In this document: one piece after another, positions 14,636 to 24,257 of the stretch | Layout: each line of letters begins with the position of its first letter | Position numbering within the stretch: the first letter of the stretch is position 1 | The notes under the pieces: generated by a model | Database searches by the model: none | Told to the model about the DNA's origin: nothing | Seen by the model: the letters and a program-made list of their open reading frames with translations, nothing else | NCBI GenBank assembly: GCA_041397845.1 | Contig: JAWKVW010000006.1 | Location: 6,061 to 70,060 of the forward strand | Length of the DNA: 64,000 bases | Source of the DNA: Hyphomicrobiales bacterium | GTDB taxonomy: Bacteria; Pseudomonadota; Alphaproteobacteria; Rhizobiales; JAKPQE01 | Direction: 5' to 3' | Made by a program: the position numbers and the translations under genes

Positions 14636-15635
14636 CGCGGCAAGTCCGGAACCGGCCAGTTCAAGTCAGGCAAGTTCTGGCCAAGCAAGTTCTGGCCAGG
14701 CAGATCCTTCCCCGACAGGCGGAACATCGGTGCGGCCGGTCGCGCCGACGCTTTCGGCGTTCGACCTCGCGCTCTACGGGGCGACGCTGTTTGCCTGGAG
14801 CACGAGCTGGATCGCCCTCAAGATGCAGCTCGGCACGGTGACGCCGGTCGTCTCGGTGTTCTGGCGCTTTGTCATCGCGGCCTCGATCGTCTTCATCTGG
14901 GCGCGCCTTGCCGGCTACCGGCTGCGCTTTCCGCTCGCCGATCACCTGCGCTTCATGGCGCTTGGCGTGCTCATCTTCTCGACTAATTTCGTGCTCTTCT
15001 ACTATGGCGGACAGCACCTCGCCTCGGGCCTCCTGTCGGTGGTCTTCTCCCTCGCCTCGGTCATCAACATGCTGCTGGCGGCGTTGTTCCTCGGCCAGGC
15101 GCTGGAAGCGCGGGTGGCGCTCGGCGCGGCGATCGGCATTTCCGGCATCGCGCTCGTCTTCTGGCCGGAGATCGCCGGCACCGAGTTCAATCACGAGGCG
15201 CTGATCGGCCTTGCCTTCTGCGTTTCCGGCACGCTGTCGTTCTCGTTCGGCAACATGGTCTCGGCGGCGGGGCAGAAGCGCGGCCTGCCGGTCGTCTCGA
15301 CCAATGCCTGGGGCATGGCCTATGGCGCCCTGGCGCTCGGGCTTTTCGCGCTCGTTCGCGGCGACAGCTTCGCCATCGAATTCACGCCAAGCTATATCGG
15401 CTCGCTGCTGTGGCTGGCGGTCATCGCCTCGGTCATCGCCTTTGCCGCCTATCTGACGCTGCTCGGGCGGATCGGCTCGGGCCGGGCCGGCTATCTCACG
15501 GTCATGTTCCCGGTCATCGCGCTCGCCATCTCGACCTTCGCGGAAGGCTATCGCTGGACATTGCCGGCGATCGTCGGTCTCATGCTGGTGCTGGCCGGCA
15601 ATGTCGTCATTCTCACCCGCCGGCGCGCGAGGTGA
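14625..15635 (+). CDS. EamA/DMT-superfamily transporter
   Basis: Hydrophobic ORF; LYGATLFAWSTSWIALKMQLGTVTPVVSVFWRFVIAASIVF...YLTVMFPVIALAISTFAEGYRWTLPAIVGLMLVLAGNVVIL. True start could be downstream of the first codon. Confidence 0.87.
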   Translation: MPSDAASPEPASSSQASSGQASSGQADPSPTGGTSVRPVAPTLSAFDLALYGATLFAWSTSWIALKMQLGTVTPVVSVFWRFVIAASIVFIWARLAGYRLRFPLADHLRFMALGVLIFSTNFVLFYYGGQHLASGLLSVVFSLASVINMLLAALFLGQALEARVALGAAIGISGIALVFWPEIAGTEFNHEALIGLAFCVSGTLSFSFGNMVSAAGQKRGLPVVSTNAWGMAYGALALGLFALVRGDSFAIEFTPSYIGSLLWLAVIASVIAFAAYLTLLGRIGSGRAGYLTVMFPVIALAISTFAEGYRWTLPAIVGLMLVLAGNVVILTRRRAR

Positions 15636-15640
15636 TTGCC

Positions 15641-16081
15641 ATGACGCCGCGTGATCCCGACTGGCAGAAGCGGACGCGCACCGTCTTCGAGGCGGCGCCA
15701 TTCATCCGCGACGTCGGCTATCAGCTCCTCAACCTCGAACCGGGCGCTGCCGTCTCCTCGCTCGTCATTGCCGGGCGGCACCTGCAGCAGGACGGTGTCG
15801 TCCATGCCGGCGTGCAGGCGACAATGGCCGATCACACCGCCGGTACGGCCGCGGCAACCCTGCTCGGGGCGGACGAAATCGTCCTCACCATCGAGTTCAA
15901 GGTCAACCTGATGACGGCGGCGCGCGGCGAGCGTCTCGTCTGCCGGGCCAGGGTGCTGAAGCCCGGCCGGCGCATCGTTGTCGCCGAGGCCGAGGTGTTC
16001 GCGGTTGCCGGCGGCACGGAAGCGCTGGTCTCGAAGGCGACGGTCACCCTCGCCTTCGTCCCCGCCACGAAACTCGGCTGA
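15641..16081 (+). CDS. PaaI-family (hotdog fold) thioesterase
   Basis: FIRDVGYQLLNLEPGAAVSSLVIAGRHLQQDGVVHAGVQATMADHTAGTAA. Confidence 0.88.
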   Translation: MTPRDPDWQKRTRTVFEAAPFIRDVGYQLLNLEPGAAVSSLVIAGRHLQQDGVVHAGVQATMADHTAGTAAATLLGADEIVLTIEFKVNLMTAARGERLVCRARVLKPGRRIVVAEAEVFAVAGGTEALVSKATVTLAFVPATKLG

Positions 16082-16185
16082 GACGTTCGGCCGCTTTTTC
16101 GCCCACAAGGCGGTGGTAAAATGACGCCCATTGCCAATGATGCGGGCTCCGGCGGGTCGCCGCCCGCGGCAACGAGGCGACGGAC

Positions 16186-16740
16186 ATGGACCGCACACTG
16201 GCGCGCGTCGGCGCGTTTCTCACGCTCGGCCTTGCCGGCATCGGCGCCGCCGAGGCGGGCTGGTCGACCAGCCTCAACCAGGGCGAAAACCCGGCCTATC
16301 ATTATGCGATCGCCGACGGTGGCACGAGCAACGCCAATATCGGCGCACTGGCGCTCGAATGCCATGTCGAGGGTCCCGGCCCGGTCTGGCAGCTCCAGCT
16401 TTATCCGGCTGAAGACGGACCGATCGGCCCGGCCGGCGTTGCCGCCGAGGATATCGACGCGCGCGGCGCCACCATCGAGATCAATGGCACGCGGATCGAC
16501 GTCGACCCGCTCGGCGCAGGCGATTTCCTCGCGCTCAGCGACATTGCGACGGACGGTTTTGCCGGGGTCTCGGACCGGCTCATCGGGGCGATCGCGTCCG
16601 GCAGCGGCGAGCTTGAAATCCGCCTCGACATGGCGCCGGACAGGTCCGGTGCGGCCTATGCCGGCTTTGAAAGCGCGGCCAGCTTCACGCTCGATGGCGC
16701 CGGGCCGGCGATCGCGGCGGTGAAGGCGGCCTGCCGCTGA
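16186..16740 (+). CDS. Hypothetical exported protein
   Basis: 184-aa ORF with apparent signal peptide MDRTLARVGAFLTLGLAGIGAAEAG; no family recognised. Confidence 0.65.
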   Translation: MDRTLARVGAFLTLGLAGIGAAEAGWSTSLNQGENPAYHYAIADGGTSNANIGALALECHVEGPGPVWQLQLYPAEDGPIGPAGVAAEDIDARGATIEINGTRIDVDPLGAGDFLALSDIATDGFAGVSDRLIGAIASGSGELEIRLDMAPDRSGAAYAGFESAASFTLDGAGPAIAAVKAACR

Positions 16741-16765
16741 ACGGCGGGCAGCGCCGCAAACAGAA

Positions 16766-16793
16766 AACCCCGGCGCCCATGGACGCCGGGGTT
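16766..16793. terminator. Hairpin between convergent genes, possible bidirectional terminator
   Basis: AACCCCGGCG-cccatgga-CGCCGGGGTT, a perfect 10-bp stem between convergent CDSs. Confidence 0.7.
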
Positions 16794-16816
16794 GTTGTTG
16801 CCGGTCGCGTCAGCGC

Positions 16817-17917
16817 TCAGCCGAGCGCCTTGGCGCGCATCTGCAGCGCGGCCAGCTCGGAGACCTTGGCGTAGGAATTCGCCTCGGCCCGGTAAGCGAC
16901 GAAGCTGTCATAGACCTCCTTGGCGAGCGGGCTCGCACCAGCGATCTCGGCGAGGACGGCGTCGGCCTCCCTGGCGAGGGCGGCGACGATGTCGTCGTTG
17001 AAGGTCTTCATCTCGACGCCATCCTTCTCCAGCAGCGGCTTCAGCGACTGGATGTTGTGGAAGGTGAAGTCGGCGATCGACTGGGCGGCCGAGGCCATGG
17101 CGGCGTTGCGGATGATCGCCTTCAGGTCGTCCGGCAGGCCATCAAAGGCGGCCTTGTTGACGGTGACCTCGAGGCCGGCGCCGATCTCGTGGAAGGCCGG
17201 CATGTAGTAGTACTTGGCGACCTTGTAGAGACCGAAAGCCAGATCATTCCACGGACCGACCCACTCGGCGGCGTCGATGGTGCCGGCCTGCATGGCGGCG
17301 AAGATCTCGCCCGGCGGCAGCAGCACGACGTTGACGCCGAGACGGCGCATGACCTCGCCGCCGAGGCCGGCGATGCGCATCTTCAGGCCCTTCATGTCGT
17401 CGACGGAGTTGATTTCCTTGCGGAACCAGCCGCCGGCCTGCGGACCGGACGAGCCGGCATAGAACGGCACGACGCCGAACGGCTCGTAGGCCTTCTCCCA
17501 GAGTTCCTGGCCGCCGCCGAAATAGAGCCAGCCGGCATGCTCGTCGGCGGTGAGGCCGAAGGGAACGCCGGTAAAGAAGTGGAACGCCTTGTCCTTGCCC
17601 TGCCAGTAATAGGGCGTCGCATGGCTCATCTCGGCGGTGCCGGAGGACACGGCATCAAACACCTCGAAGGGCGGCACGAGCTCGCCGGCGGCATAGAGCT
17701 GCACCGTCAGGCGGCCGCCGGACATTGCCGTGATCATGTCGGCGACGCGCTGGGCATTGACGCCGACGCCGGGGGCGCCCTTCGGCCAGGAGGTCGCCAT
17801 CTTCCAGGTCATCGGCGTATCGGCGCGCACGATCGCCGGAGTGGCAAGGGCGCCGGCAAGACCGGCACCGGCAACACCAAGCGCCTTGCGGCGGCTGACA
17901 AGGTTTTCTTTCGTCAT
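16817..17917 (-). CDS. TRAP transporter substrate-binding protein (DctP/YiaO family)
   Basis: SRRKALGVAGAGLAGALATPAIVRA signal; WKMATSWPKGAPGVGVNAQRVADMITAMSGGRL...PYYWQGKDKAFHFFTGVPFGLTADEHAGWLYFGGGQELWEKAY. Confidence 0.9.
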   Translation of the reverse strand: MTKENLVSRRKALGVAGAGLAGALATPAIVRADTPMTWKMATSWPKGAPGVGVNAQRVADMITAMSGGRLTVQLYAAGELVPPFEVFDAVSSGTAEMSHATPYYWQGKDKAFHFFTGVPFGLTADEHAGWLYFGGGQELWEKAYEPFGVVPFYAGSSGPQAGGWFRKEINSVDDMKGLKMRIAGLGGEVMRRLGVNVVLLPPGEIFAAMQAGTIDAAEWVGPWNDLAFGLYKVAKYYYMPAFHEIGAGLEVTVNKAAFDGLPDDLKAIIRNAAMASAAQSIADFTFHNIQSLKPLLEKDGVEMKTFNDDIVAALAREADAVLAEIAGASPLAKEVYDSFVAYRAEANSYAKVSELAALQMRAKALG

Positions 17918-18049
17918 CACAAAATGCTCCTCGAATGGAGAGACGGGGATGTCGGCTCGGGAGTTTAGTCGAAACGCGGAAGGACGGGAGGGGGAAATTG
18001 CTGCGCCGCCCGCATCGACCGGCACGGCGCTGTCGCACCCTGTCCCGGT

Positions 18050-18637
18050 TCAGCGTTTCAGCGCCGGGCAGGGATTTATATCGCGGGCGGCATCGGCGAT
18101 GGCGCGGGCCTTTTCGTTCTGGCCGGCGACATTCCCGACCTCGCCGATCTGGCAGGCGTGGTCGGCGCCGATCTTCAAAATGTCGAGGCGATTGAGGTTC
18201 TGCGGCTGGCCGTCATCGCCAAAGAGGGTGTAGGTCGTGCGGTAGATGGCGGCGAAGGGCTGCCACTTGCCGCCGACCTTCTCGACGCGCCATTCGAGCG
18301 TCGTCACGCCCTTGTCGTCGGCGAAGATATCGCCGAAATGGCCGGTGCGGCCCATGTCGTAGTTCGGATCACCGGCCTCGTAGCGCCCTTCGGAGGCGGC
18401 CGGCTCGACGAGGACGGCAACGCCGTGCTCATGCAGGATGAAGACGAGATCCGGCCCGTTCTTCATGTCGCAGCGGCGCCATTGCTCGCGGTCGGTCTCC
18501 TCGGCAACCGGACACTCCTCGACGGAGAAACGCTCGTAGACGCTCGAGATCTCGGCGGCGGCGGCAGGACCGGCGGCGAGCGCGGCAAGGCCGATGAGAG
18601 CGGGAGCGAAAGCCGGGACAACCGACGGGCGATGCAT
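18050..18637 (-). CDS. Hypothetical exported protein
   Basis: 195-aa ORF with N-terminal signal (ALIGLAALAAGPAAAA); RYEAGDPNYDMGRTGHFGDIFADDKGVTTLEWRVEKVGGKWQPFAAIYR; no family recognised. Confidence 0.7.
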   Translation of the reverse strand: MHRPSVVPAFAPALIGLAALAAGPAAAAEISSVYERFSVEECPVAEETDREQWRRCDMKNGPDLVFILHEHGVAVLVEPAASEGRYEAGDPNYDMGRTGHFGDIFADDKGVTTLEWRVEKVGGKWQPFAAIYRTTYTLFGDDGQPQNLNRLDILKIGADHACQIGEVGNVAGQNEKARAIADAARDINPCPALKR

Positions 18638-18791
18638 GGGACCTCCTTTGGCGGACGACGCCGGGGCTCAGTCTAGACTGACCCTTGGGATGCGCGAGGG
18701 GAATTTCGCGGACGAATCCGGCAGCGCGGCGGCGCGCCAGCGGGAGTCCCGTCGCTGCCGTGGCTGTTCCATATCTGACTGAAGTTTAGAT

Positions 18792-18818
18792 GGATTCCCG
18801 CTTGCGCGGGAATGACGG
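18792..18818. repeat. Palindromic intergenic (REP-like) element, copy 1
   Basis: GGATTCCCGCTTGCGCGGGAATGACGG; ATTCCCGC / GCGGGAAT inverted repeat. Confidence 0.7.
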
Positions 18819-18985
18819 AGGTCTGGAGGGCATTGCATGCCAAATCGAAGCTTCGGCAGCCCTCTCCCTGAGGGCGAGGGTCGGCGCCCTGCATTGGCAG
18901 CATCCGACCAATTCCGTTCCCTCCCTTGACATCCCTGCCCCGATCCTCAAGCCTTCGCCGGTTTGAACAAGGGGGCAGCGCAGCA

Positions 18986-19960
18986 ATGCTCGATTTCGGC
19001 ACCAAGCGTCGGTTTTCGGATCTCAGCGAACGGGAAGTGCTCGCGCTTGCCGTCTCGGCCGAGGAAGAAGACGGGCGCATCTATGCCCAGTTCGCCGACG
19101 CGGTCCGGACCGAATTTCCCGCGACCGCCAGCATGTTCGACGACATGGCGGCGGAGGAGAACGAGCACCGGCGCTGGCTCCTTGAGAAATTCACCGAGAA
19201 ATTCGGCACGCATCTGCCGCCGATGAAGCGCGAGGACGTCGCCGGCTTCATGCGGCGCAAGCCGTGGTGGGTGGTGCGGGCGCGCGGCGCCGAGGCGATG
19301 CGCCGGCATGCCGCCGACATGGAAGTCGAGGCGCAGCGCTTCTATCTGAAGGCGGCCGAGCGCAGCACCGACGTCGACATCCGCAAGCTGCTCGGCGACC
19401 TTGCCGAGGCCGAGCGCGACCACGAGCACAAGGCCGAGGCGCTCGAGGGCGAGCACCTGACGCCGAACGCGCGCAAGAGCGAGGACGACGCAGCGCACCG
19501 GCGCTTCCTGCTGCAGATCGTGCAGCCGGGCCTTGCCGGACTGATGGACGGGTCGGTGTCGACGCTGGCGCCGCTGTTCGCGGCGGCCTTTGCGACCCAC
19601 AACACCTGGGAGACCTTCCTCGTCGGCGTTGCCGCCTCGATCGGCGCGGGCATTTCCATGGGCTTTGCCGAGGCGCTGTCGGACGACGGCTCGCTGACCG
19701 GGCGCGGCTCGCCGTGGATTCGCGGCTTTGCCTCCGGCATCATGACGACTGTCGGCGGGCTCGGCCACGCCCTGCCCTATCTCATCCCCGATTTCATGAT
19801 GGCGACCTCGGTCGCCGTCGTCATCGTGCTGTTCGAGCTGTGGGCCATCGCCTTCATCCGCTGGAAATACATGGATACGCCGTTTCTCGCGGCGGCCTTC
19901 CAGATCGTCATCGGCGGCGCGCTGGTGTTCCTTGCCGGCATTCTCATCGGCAGCGCCTGA
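18986..19960 (+). CDS. mbfA: Membrane-bound ferritin-like protein / iron exporter (ferritin-like N-terminus, VIT1/CCC1-like membrane C-terminus)
   Basis: RRFSDLSEREVLALAVSAEEEDGRIYAQFAD...MAAEENEHRRWLLEKF...LVGVAASIGAGISMGFAEALSDDGSLTGRGSPW...FIRWKYMDTPF. Confidence 0.9.
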   Translation: MLDFGTKRRFSDLSEREVLALAVSAEEEDGRIYAQFADAVRTEFPATASMFDDMAAEENEHRRWLLEKFTEKFGTHLPPMKREDVAGFMRRKPWWVVRARGAEAMRRHAADMEVEAQRFYLKAAERSTDVDIRKLLGDLAEAERDHEHKAEALEGEHLTPNARKSEDDAAHRRFLLQIVQPGLAGLMDGSVSTLAPLFAAAFATHNTWETFLVGVAASIGAGISMGFAEALSDDGSLTGRGSPWIRGFASGIMTTVGGLGHALPYLIPDFMMATSVAVVIVLFELWAIAFIRWKYMDTPFLAAAFQIVIGGALVFLAGILIGSA

Positions 19961-19993
19961 CCAGACAGCCGTCAGCACCGGTTTTGGCGTCGT

Positions 19994-20020
19994 GGATTCC
20001 CGCTGGCGCGGGAAGGACGG
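19994..20020. repeat. Palindromic intergenic (REP-like) element, copy 2
   Basis: GGATTCCCGCTGGCGCGGGAAGGACGG; differs from copy 1 at few positions. Confidence 0.65.
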
Positions 20021-20102
20021 CAGAGGCCGTGCTTGAGCGCGGCGCGGCGCGACGCTCGTCGTCGCTGGCCGGCTGCGGGCGTCTCTGCGGCACGCCCTCA
20101 CA

Positions 20103-21407
20103 TCAGCGGTAAAGGTCAGCGCGGGTCGGCGGCAGGTTCGTCGGACCCTTGGGGTTCTTCGAAACGAGTGTCTGGTAGAGCCGGGCCGAGCCGCGGGTGA
20201 AGGCGAGCGAAACGCCGCCGAGATAGGCGACCCAGATGCGATAGGCTTCCTCGCCGACCTCGGCGACGGCCTTGTCGCGATTGGCGGTCAGGCGGCGGCA
20301 CCAGAGCTCCGTCGTCCGCTCGTAGTGCTGGCGCCAGCCCTCGACGTCCATCACCTCGAAGCCGTGGCGTTCCATCGCCTGTATGGTATGGCCGAGATCG
20401 TCGAGCTCGCCGCCGGGGAAGATGTATTTCTGCAGCATGCGCTGCTCCGGCCGGCTGGAAAAGCGGGTCTGGTGCTTCTTGGCCTTGCGCGAGATGGCGT
20501 GGTTGAGAAACAGGCCCTTGTCGGCGAGCAGGCGACGGACCGTGCCGAAATAGACATCGGTGTTGGCGATGCCGATTGCCTCCATCATGCCGATCGAGGA
20601 GATCTTGTCGAAGGTCTCGTCGAGGTGGGTGTAGTCCTTCAGCTCGATGGTGACACGATCCTCAAGGCCAAGGCGCTTCACCCTTGCCCGGGCGTATTCG
20701 TACTGCTCGGTGGACAGGGTGACGCCCCTGGCATTGACGCCAAAGTGCTCGGCGGCATGGCAGACGAGCGCGCCCCAGCCGCAGCCGATATCGAGGAAGC
20801 GGTCGCCTTCCTTGAGGCGCAGCTTGCGGCAGATCATCTCGAGCTTGTCGCGCTGGGCCTCGTCGATGGAGTTTTCCCAGTCGGTGAAATAGGCGCAGGT
20901 GTAGACCATGCGCTCGTCGAGGAAGAGCTCGTAGAAGGCATTCGACAGGTCGTAGTGAAACTCGATGAAGCGGCGGTCATCGTCTTTCGAGCGCCGCTTC
21001 GGCGTGCCGGTCTCGTCGCCGGCATAGGCGCGGCTCTCGCCGGCCGGAAGCGGCGGGGCAAAGAAGAAGGCACGGGCGAAGTCGAACAGCAGCTTCTTCG
21101 GCAGGCGCTTCAGGGCGGCGCGGCTGCGCATGAAAACCAGCGGACGGCCGAAATCGATGAGCGTGCCGCCCTCGAAATCGATCATGCCGCTGGCATAGTG
21201 ACGAAGGATGCGCTCAAGGCCGGGCCGGCGCAGGATGGATGTGACAACGCCCGGATGGCGGATCGCCACGACCAGCCCTTCGGTGACGTTCCGGCCCAGC
21301 GGCTCGAGCGAGCCGTCCCAGAGGCGCAGGGAAAACGGCAGGTCGATCGCCTCGCGCAGCGCCGCGATTACCCGGCGCGCCGTCGCCAGTTGTCTGTCGT
21401 CGGCCAT
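20103..21407 (-). CDS. Cyclopropane-fatty-acyl-phospholipid synthase family protein
   Basis: HYDLSNAFYELFLDERMVYTCAYFTDWENSIDEAQRDKLEMICRKLRLKEGDRFLDIGCGWGALVCHAAEHFGVNARGVTLSTEQ...YIFPGGELDD. Confidence 0.93.
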   Translation of the reverse strand: MADDRQLATARRVIAALREAIDLPFSLRLWDGSLEPLGRNVTEGLVVAIRHPGVVTSILRRPGLERILRHYASGMIDFEGGTLIDFGRPLVFMRSRAALKRLPKKLLFDFARAFFFAPPLPAGESRAYAGDETGTPKRRSKDDDRRFIEFHYDLSNAFYELFLDERMVYTCAYFTDWENSIDEAQRDKLEMICRKLRLKEGDRFLDIGCGWGALVCHAAEHFGVNARGVTLSTEQYEYARARVKRLGLEDRVTIELKDYTHLDETFDKISSIGMMEAIGIANTDVYFGTVRRLLADKGLFLNHAISRKAKKHQTRFSSRPEQRMLQKYIFPGGELDDLGHTIQAMERHGFEVMDVEGWRQHYERTTELWCRRLTANRDKAVAEVGEEAYRIWVAYLGGVSLAFTRGSARLYQTLVSKNPKGPTNLPPTRADLYR

Positions 21408-21558
21408 CTCGTTCCCCTTCGCGCTTGCCCGTCCAGATCGGGCGGGAGTTTACACGACGGAGAAGACTTTCCAGCAGAAAGGGGCGCCATTCACTGCCGA
21501 AAAGATTGCCCCGGCGACCCGACACTTGCCGGGCCGCCGACAGCGCGGCCGACCTGGG

Positions 21559-22056
21559 CTAGTTGGCGCTGGTCAGCACCATGATGAGGCGCATCGGCTC
21601 GGTGCCGGCGCGGCCGGCGATCGCGGCCGGGGTCTCGTCGGCCGAGGTCACCTCGAAGCCGGCGTTCTTCAGGCTGGCGAGAACCTCGTCGGGCGTCTTG
21701 TCGAAGATCGGCGCAAGCTCGCTGATCGAGGCCTTTTCCATCGCACCGAAGATCTTGCCGACCGGGCTGCCGCCGCCGCCGACAGTCGCCCAGCCGAAGG
21801 CAACGGCGACGACCAGCGAGGCAACGAGCGGCATGTAGATCACCTTGTTGCGGAAATAGCCGAGGAAAGGCCGCCAGTTCTTGTAGACGTGGAAGGCGAC
21901 CGGCAGCAGCAGGACCATGCTCAGCCACTCGTGCATCTCCTTGAAGATGTCCTGCGCGGTGTGGAAAAACAGGAACACGCCGGAGACCGCCGAGACGGCG
22001 AACAGCGTGGTGGTGAAGGTCGTTGCGTATTTGGCAATCAGGCTCTTGAACATCAT
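21559..22056 (-). CDS. DUF4405-like small membrane protein
   Basis: MMFKSLIAKYATTFTTTLFAVSAVSGVFLFFHTAQDIFKEMHEWLSMVLLLPVAFHVYKNWRPFLGYFR. His-containing TM helices typical of the family. Confidence 0.75.
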   Translation of the reverse strand: MMFKSLIAKYATTFTTTLFAVSAVSGVFLFFHTAQDIFKEMHEWLSMVLLLPVAFHVYKNWRPFLGYFRNKVIYMPLVASLVVAVAFGWATVGGGGSPVGKIFGAMEKASISELAPIFDKTPDEVLASLKNAGFEVTSADETPAAIAGRAGTEPMRLIMVLTSAN

Positions 22057-22387
22057 GGCACCCTGGGAGTGTGGCTGGCCGGAGGCAGGCCCCCGGATCG
22101 GACCCGGGCCTCGCATCGGCCCGGTGGATTTGCACCACCAACAGGCGCCCGAGTGCGCCAAAAGCCAACTTACAAATTGTTCATGGTTGCCGTCCGGCTC
22201 CCCGAGATACACGGCAACTATTTGATTAGCCTATTCTTTGTCGCCTTCCATGCGGCCTTTCGGCAAAAAGGCCAAGGTGCGGCGGTTTCGGTCCGCAGCG
22301 CTGGCGGAGCCGGCAACCGGGCCCCATATCAGGAAGATGCCGCTTCTATCCGCTTCCGTCATGCGCACCGGCCGGATGCGCAACCAG

Positions 22388-23302
22388 ATGCAGACCTGGC
22401 TCCTTGCCGGGGGCAGCCTCGTCCTGCTTGGCGCAACGGCAGCCGTTTTCGCCGGCGTGCCGGGGCTCGTTTCGGCGCTCATTGCCGGCGGCATCTCGAT
22501 TTACCTGACGACGCACCTGTCGCCGGCGCTGATCCTCAGGCTCTACAAGGCCCGGCCGATCGAGGCGGGCGAGTTCGCCGACGGCGTCCAGCTTGCCTCG
22601 GCGCTGGCGGTGCGCGCCGGCCTGCCGGCGGCGCCCCGGCTGTGGCTGGTGCACAGCCGGATGATGAACGCCTTCGCGGTCGGGCGGCCGGACGATGCGG
22701 CGCTCGTCGTCACCGACGGACTGCTCCGCGGGCTGACGCTGCGCGAGCTTGCCGGCGTCCTTGCCCATGAAATCAGCCACATCGCCAATGAGGACGTGAA
22801 GGTCATGGCGCTTGCCGACATGGTGAGCCGGATGACCAGCGTGATGTCGACGCTCGGCATTTTGACGCTGATCATCAACCTGCCGGCGATCTTCACCGGC
22901 TCGGCGACGGTTCCCTGGCTCGGCGTGGCGCTGCTCGTTGCCGCGCCGACGGTCGGCGGGCTGCTGCAACTGGCGCTGTCGCGGACGCGGGAATACGACG
23001 CGGACCTCTCCGCCGTGGCGCTGACCGACGACCCGTCGGGCCTTGCCTCGGCGCTTGCAAAACTCGAGCAGGCGCAGCGCCGGCTCTGGGAAGGCCTTGT
23101 TCTTCCCGGCGGGCGGCTGCCCGATCCCTCGCTGCTGCGGACCCATCCGGCGACGGAAGAGCGGATCGCGCGGCTCGAGGCGCTTGCCACCGAATCACGG
23201 CAGGGGCGCTATGACGACCGGCCGGTGGTCGTCGGCAAGAGCATCGTTCCGGCAGTCGGGCGCCCGCGAGTTCGTGTCAGATCGCTCGGCCTGTGGTATT
23301 GA
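22388..23302 (+). CDS. M48-family zinc metalloprotease, HtpX-like
   Basis: GVLAHEISHIANEDVKVMALADMVSRMT with HExxH; downstream SRTREYDADLSAVALTDDPSGLASAL. Confidence 0.9.
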   Translation: MQTWLLAGGSLVLLGATAAVFAGVPGLVSALIAGGISIYLTTHLSPALILRLYKARPIEAGEFADGVQLASALAVRAGLPAAPRLWLVHSRMMNAFAVGRPDDAALVVTDGLLRGLTLRELAGVLAHEISHIANEDVKVMALADMVSRMTSVMSTLGILTLIINLPAIFTGSATVPWLGVALLVAAPTVGGLLQLALSRTREYDADLSAVALTDDPSGLASALAKLEQAQRRLWEGLVLPGGRLPDPSLLRTHPATEERIARLEALATESRQGRYDDRPVVVGKSIVPAVGRPRVRVRSLGLWY

Positions 23303-23407
23303 TGCAGTGCAGCACGGCTCCCGGCCCGGCTGCGGCTTCGCGAAAATGCCCTATCGACGGCGGCGCGCGGCACGCCATAATCAACCTGTTTGAAAAGGTG
23401 GAGCGCA

Positions 23408-24151
23408 ATGTCTGACACGAGACCGGCACTGGTTCTTACGGGCGCGAGCCGCGGCATCGGCCATGCGACCGTGAAGCGATTCTCGAAGGCCGGCTGGCGC
23501 GTCATCACCTGCTCGCGGCACCCGTTCTCGGACAAGTGTCCCTGGCCGATGGGGCCGGAAGATCACATCCAGGTCGATCTTTCCGATCCGGACAATCTCG
23601 GCGTCGCCGTTGCCGAGATCCGCAACCGGCTCGTGGCGCAGGGCGGCGAGCTGAAGGCGCTCGTCAACAATGCCGGCATCAGCCCGAAGAACGAGGACGG
23701 CCAGCGGCTCGATTCGCTGACGACGCCGATGCATGTCTGGCGGACGGTGTTCCAGGTCAATTTCTTTGCGCCGATCATGCTGGCGCGCGGCCTGTTTCGC
23801 GAGCTGAAGGCGGCCAAGGGCTCGGTCGTCAACGTCACCTCGATCGCCGGCGTGCGCGTGCATCCTTTCGCCGGCACGGCCTATGCCACCTCCAAGGCGG
23901 CGCTTGCGTCGCTGACGCGCGAGATGGCGGCGGACTTCGGCCCGCACGGCATTCGCGTCAACGCGATCGCACCGGGCGAAATCGATACCTCGATCCTGTC
24001 GCCGGGCACGGAGAAAATCGTCGAGGAAATCCCGCTGCGCCGTCTCGGCACGACCGACGAGGTCGCCGACACGATCTTCTATCTGTGCACCGAGGCGAGT
24101 TCCTACGTGACCGGCGCCGAAATCCATATCAATGGCGGCCAGCACGTCTGA
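23408..24151 (+). CDS. SDR-family oxidoreductase (3-oxoacyl-ACP reductase-like)
   Basis: LVLTGASRGIGHATVKRFSKAGW...ALVNNAGISPKNE...YATSKAALASLTREMAADFGPHGIRVNAIAPGEIDT...YVTGAEIHINGGQHV. Confidence 0.92.
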   Translation: MSDTRPALVLTGASRGIGHATVKRFSKAGWRVITCSRHPFSDKCPWPMGPEDHIQVDLSDPDNLGVAVAEIRNRLVAQGGELKALVNNAGISPKNEDGQRLDSLTTPMHVWRTVFQVNFFAPIMLARGLFRELKAAKGSVVNVTSIAGVRVHPFAGTAYATSKAALASLTREMAADFGPHGIRVNAIAPGEIDTSILSPGTEKIVEEIPLRRLGTTDEVADTIFYLCTEASSYVTGAEIHINGGQHV

Positions 24152-24186
24152 GGACTGCGGCGCGAACCTCCCGGTGCAGAATCAAA

Positions 24187-24219
24187 AAGGGCGCGACCCG
24201 CCGAGGCGGTCGCGCCCTT
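24187..24219. terminator. Hairpin between convergent genes, probable terminator
   Basis: AAGGGCGCGACC-cgccgaggc-GGTCGCGCCCTT with A-run upstream and TCTTTGTTT downstream. Confidence 0.8.
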
Positions 24220-24257
24220 CTTTGTTTCGAGAGCTGTCCGGGCTTGCCGCGCGCGGC

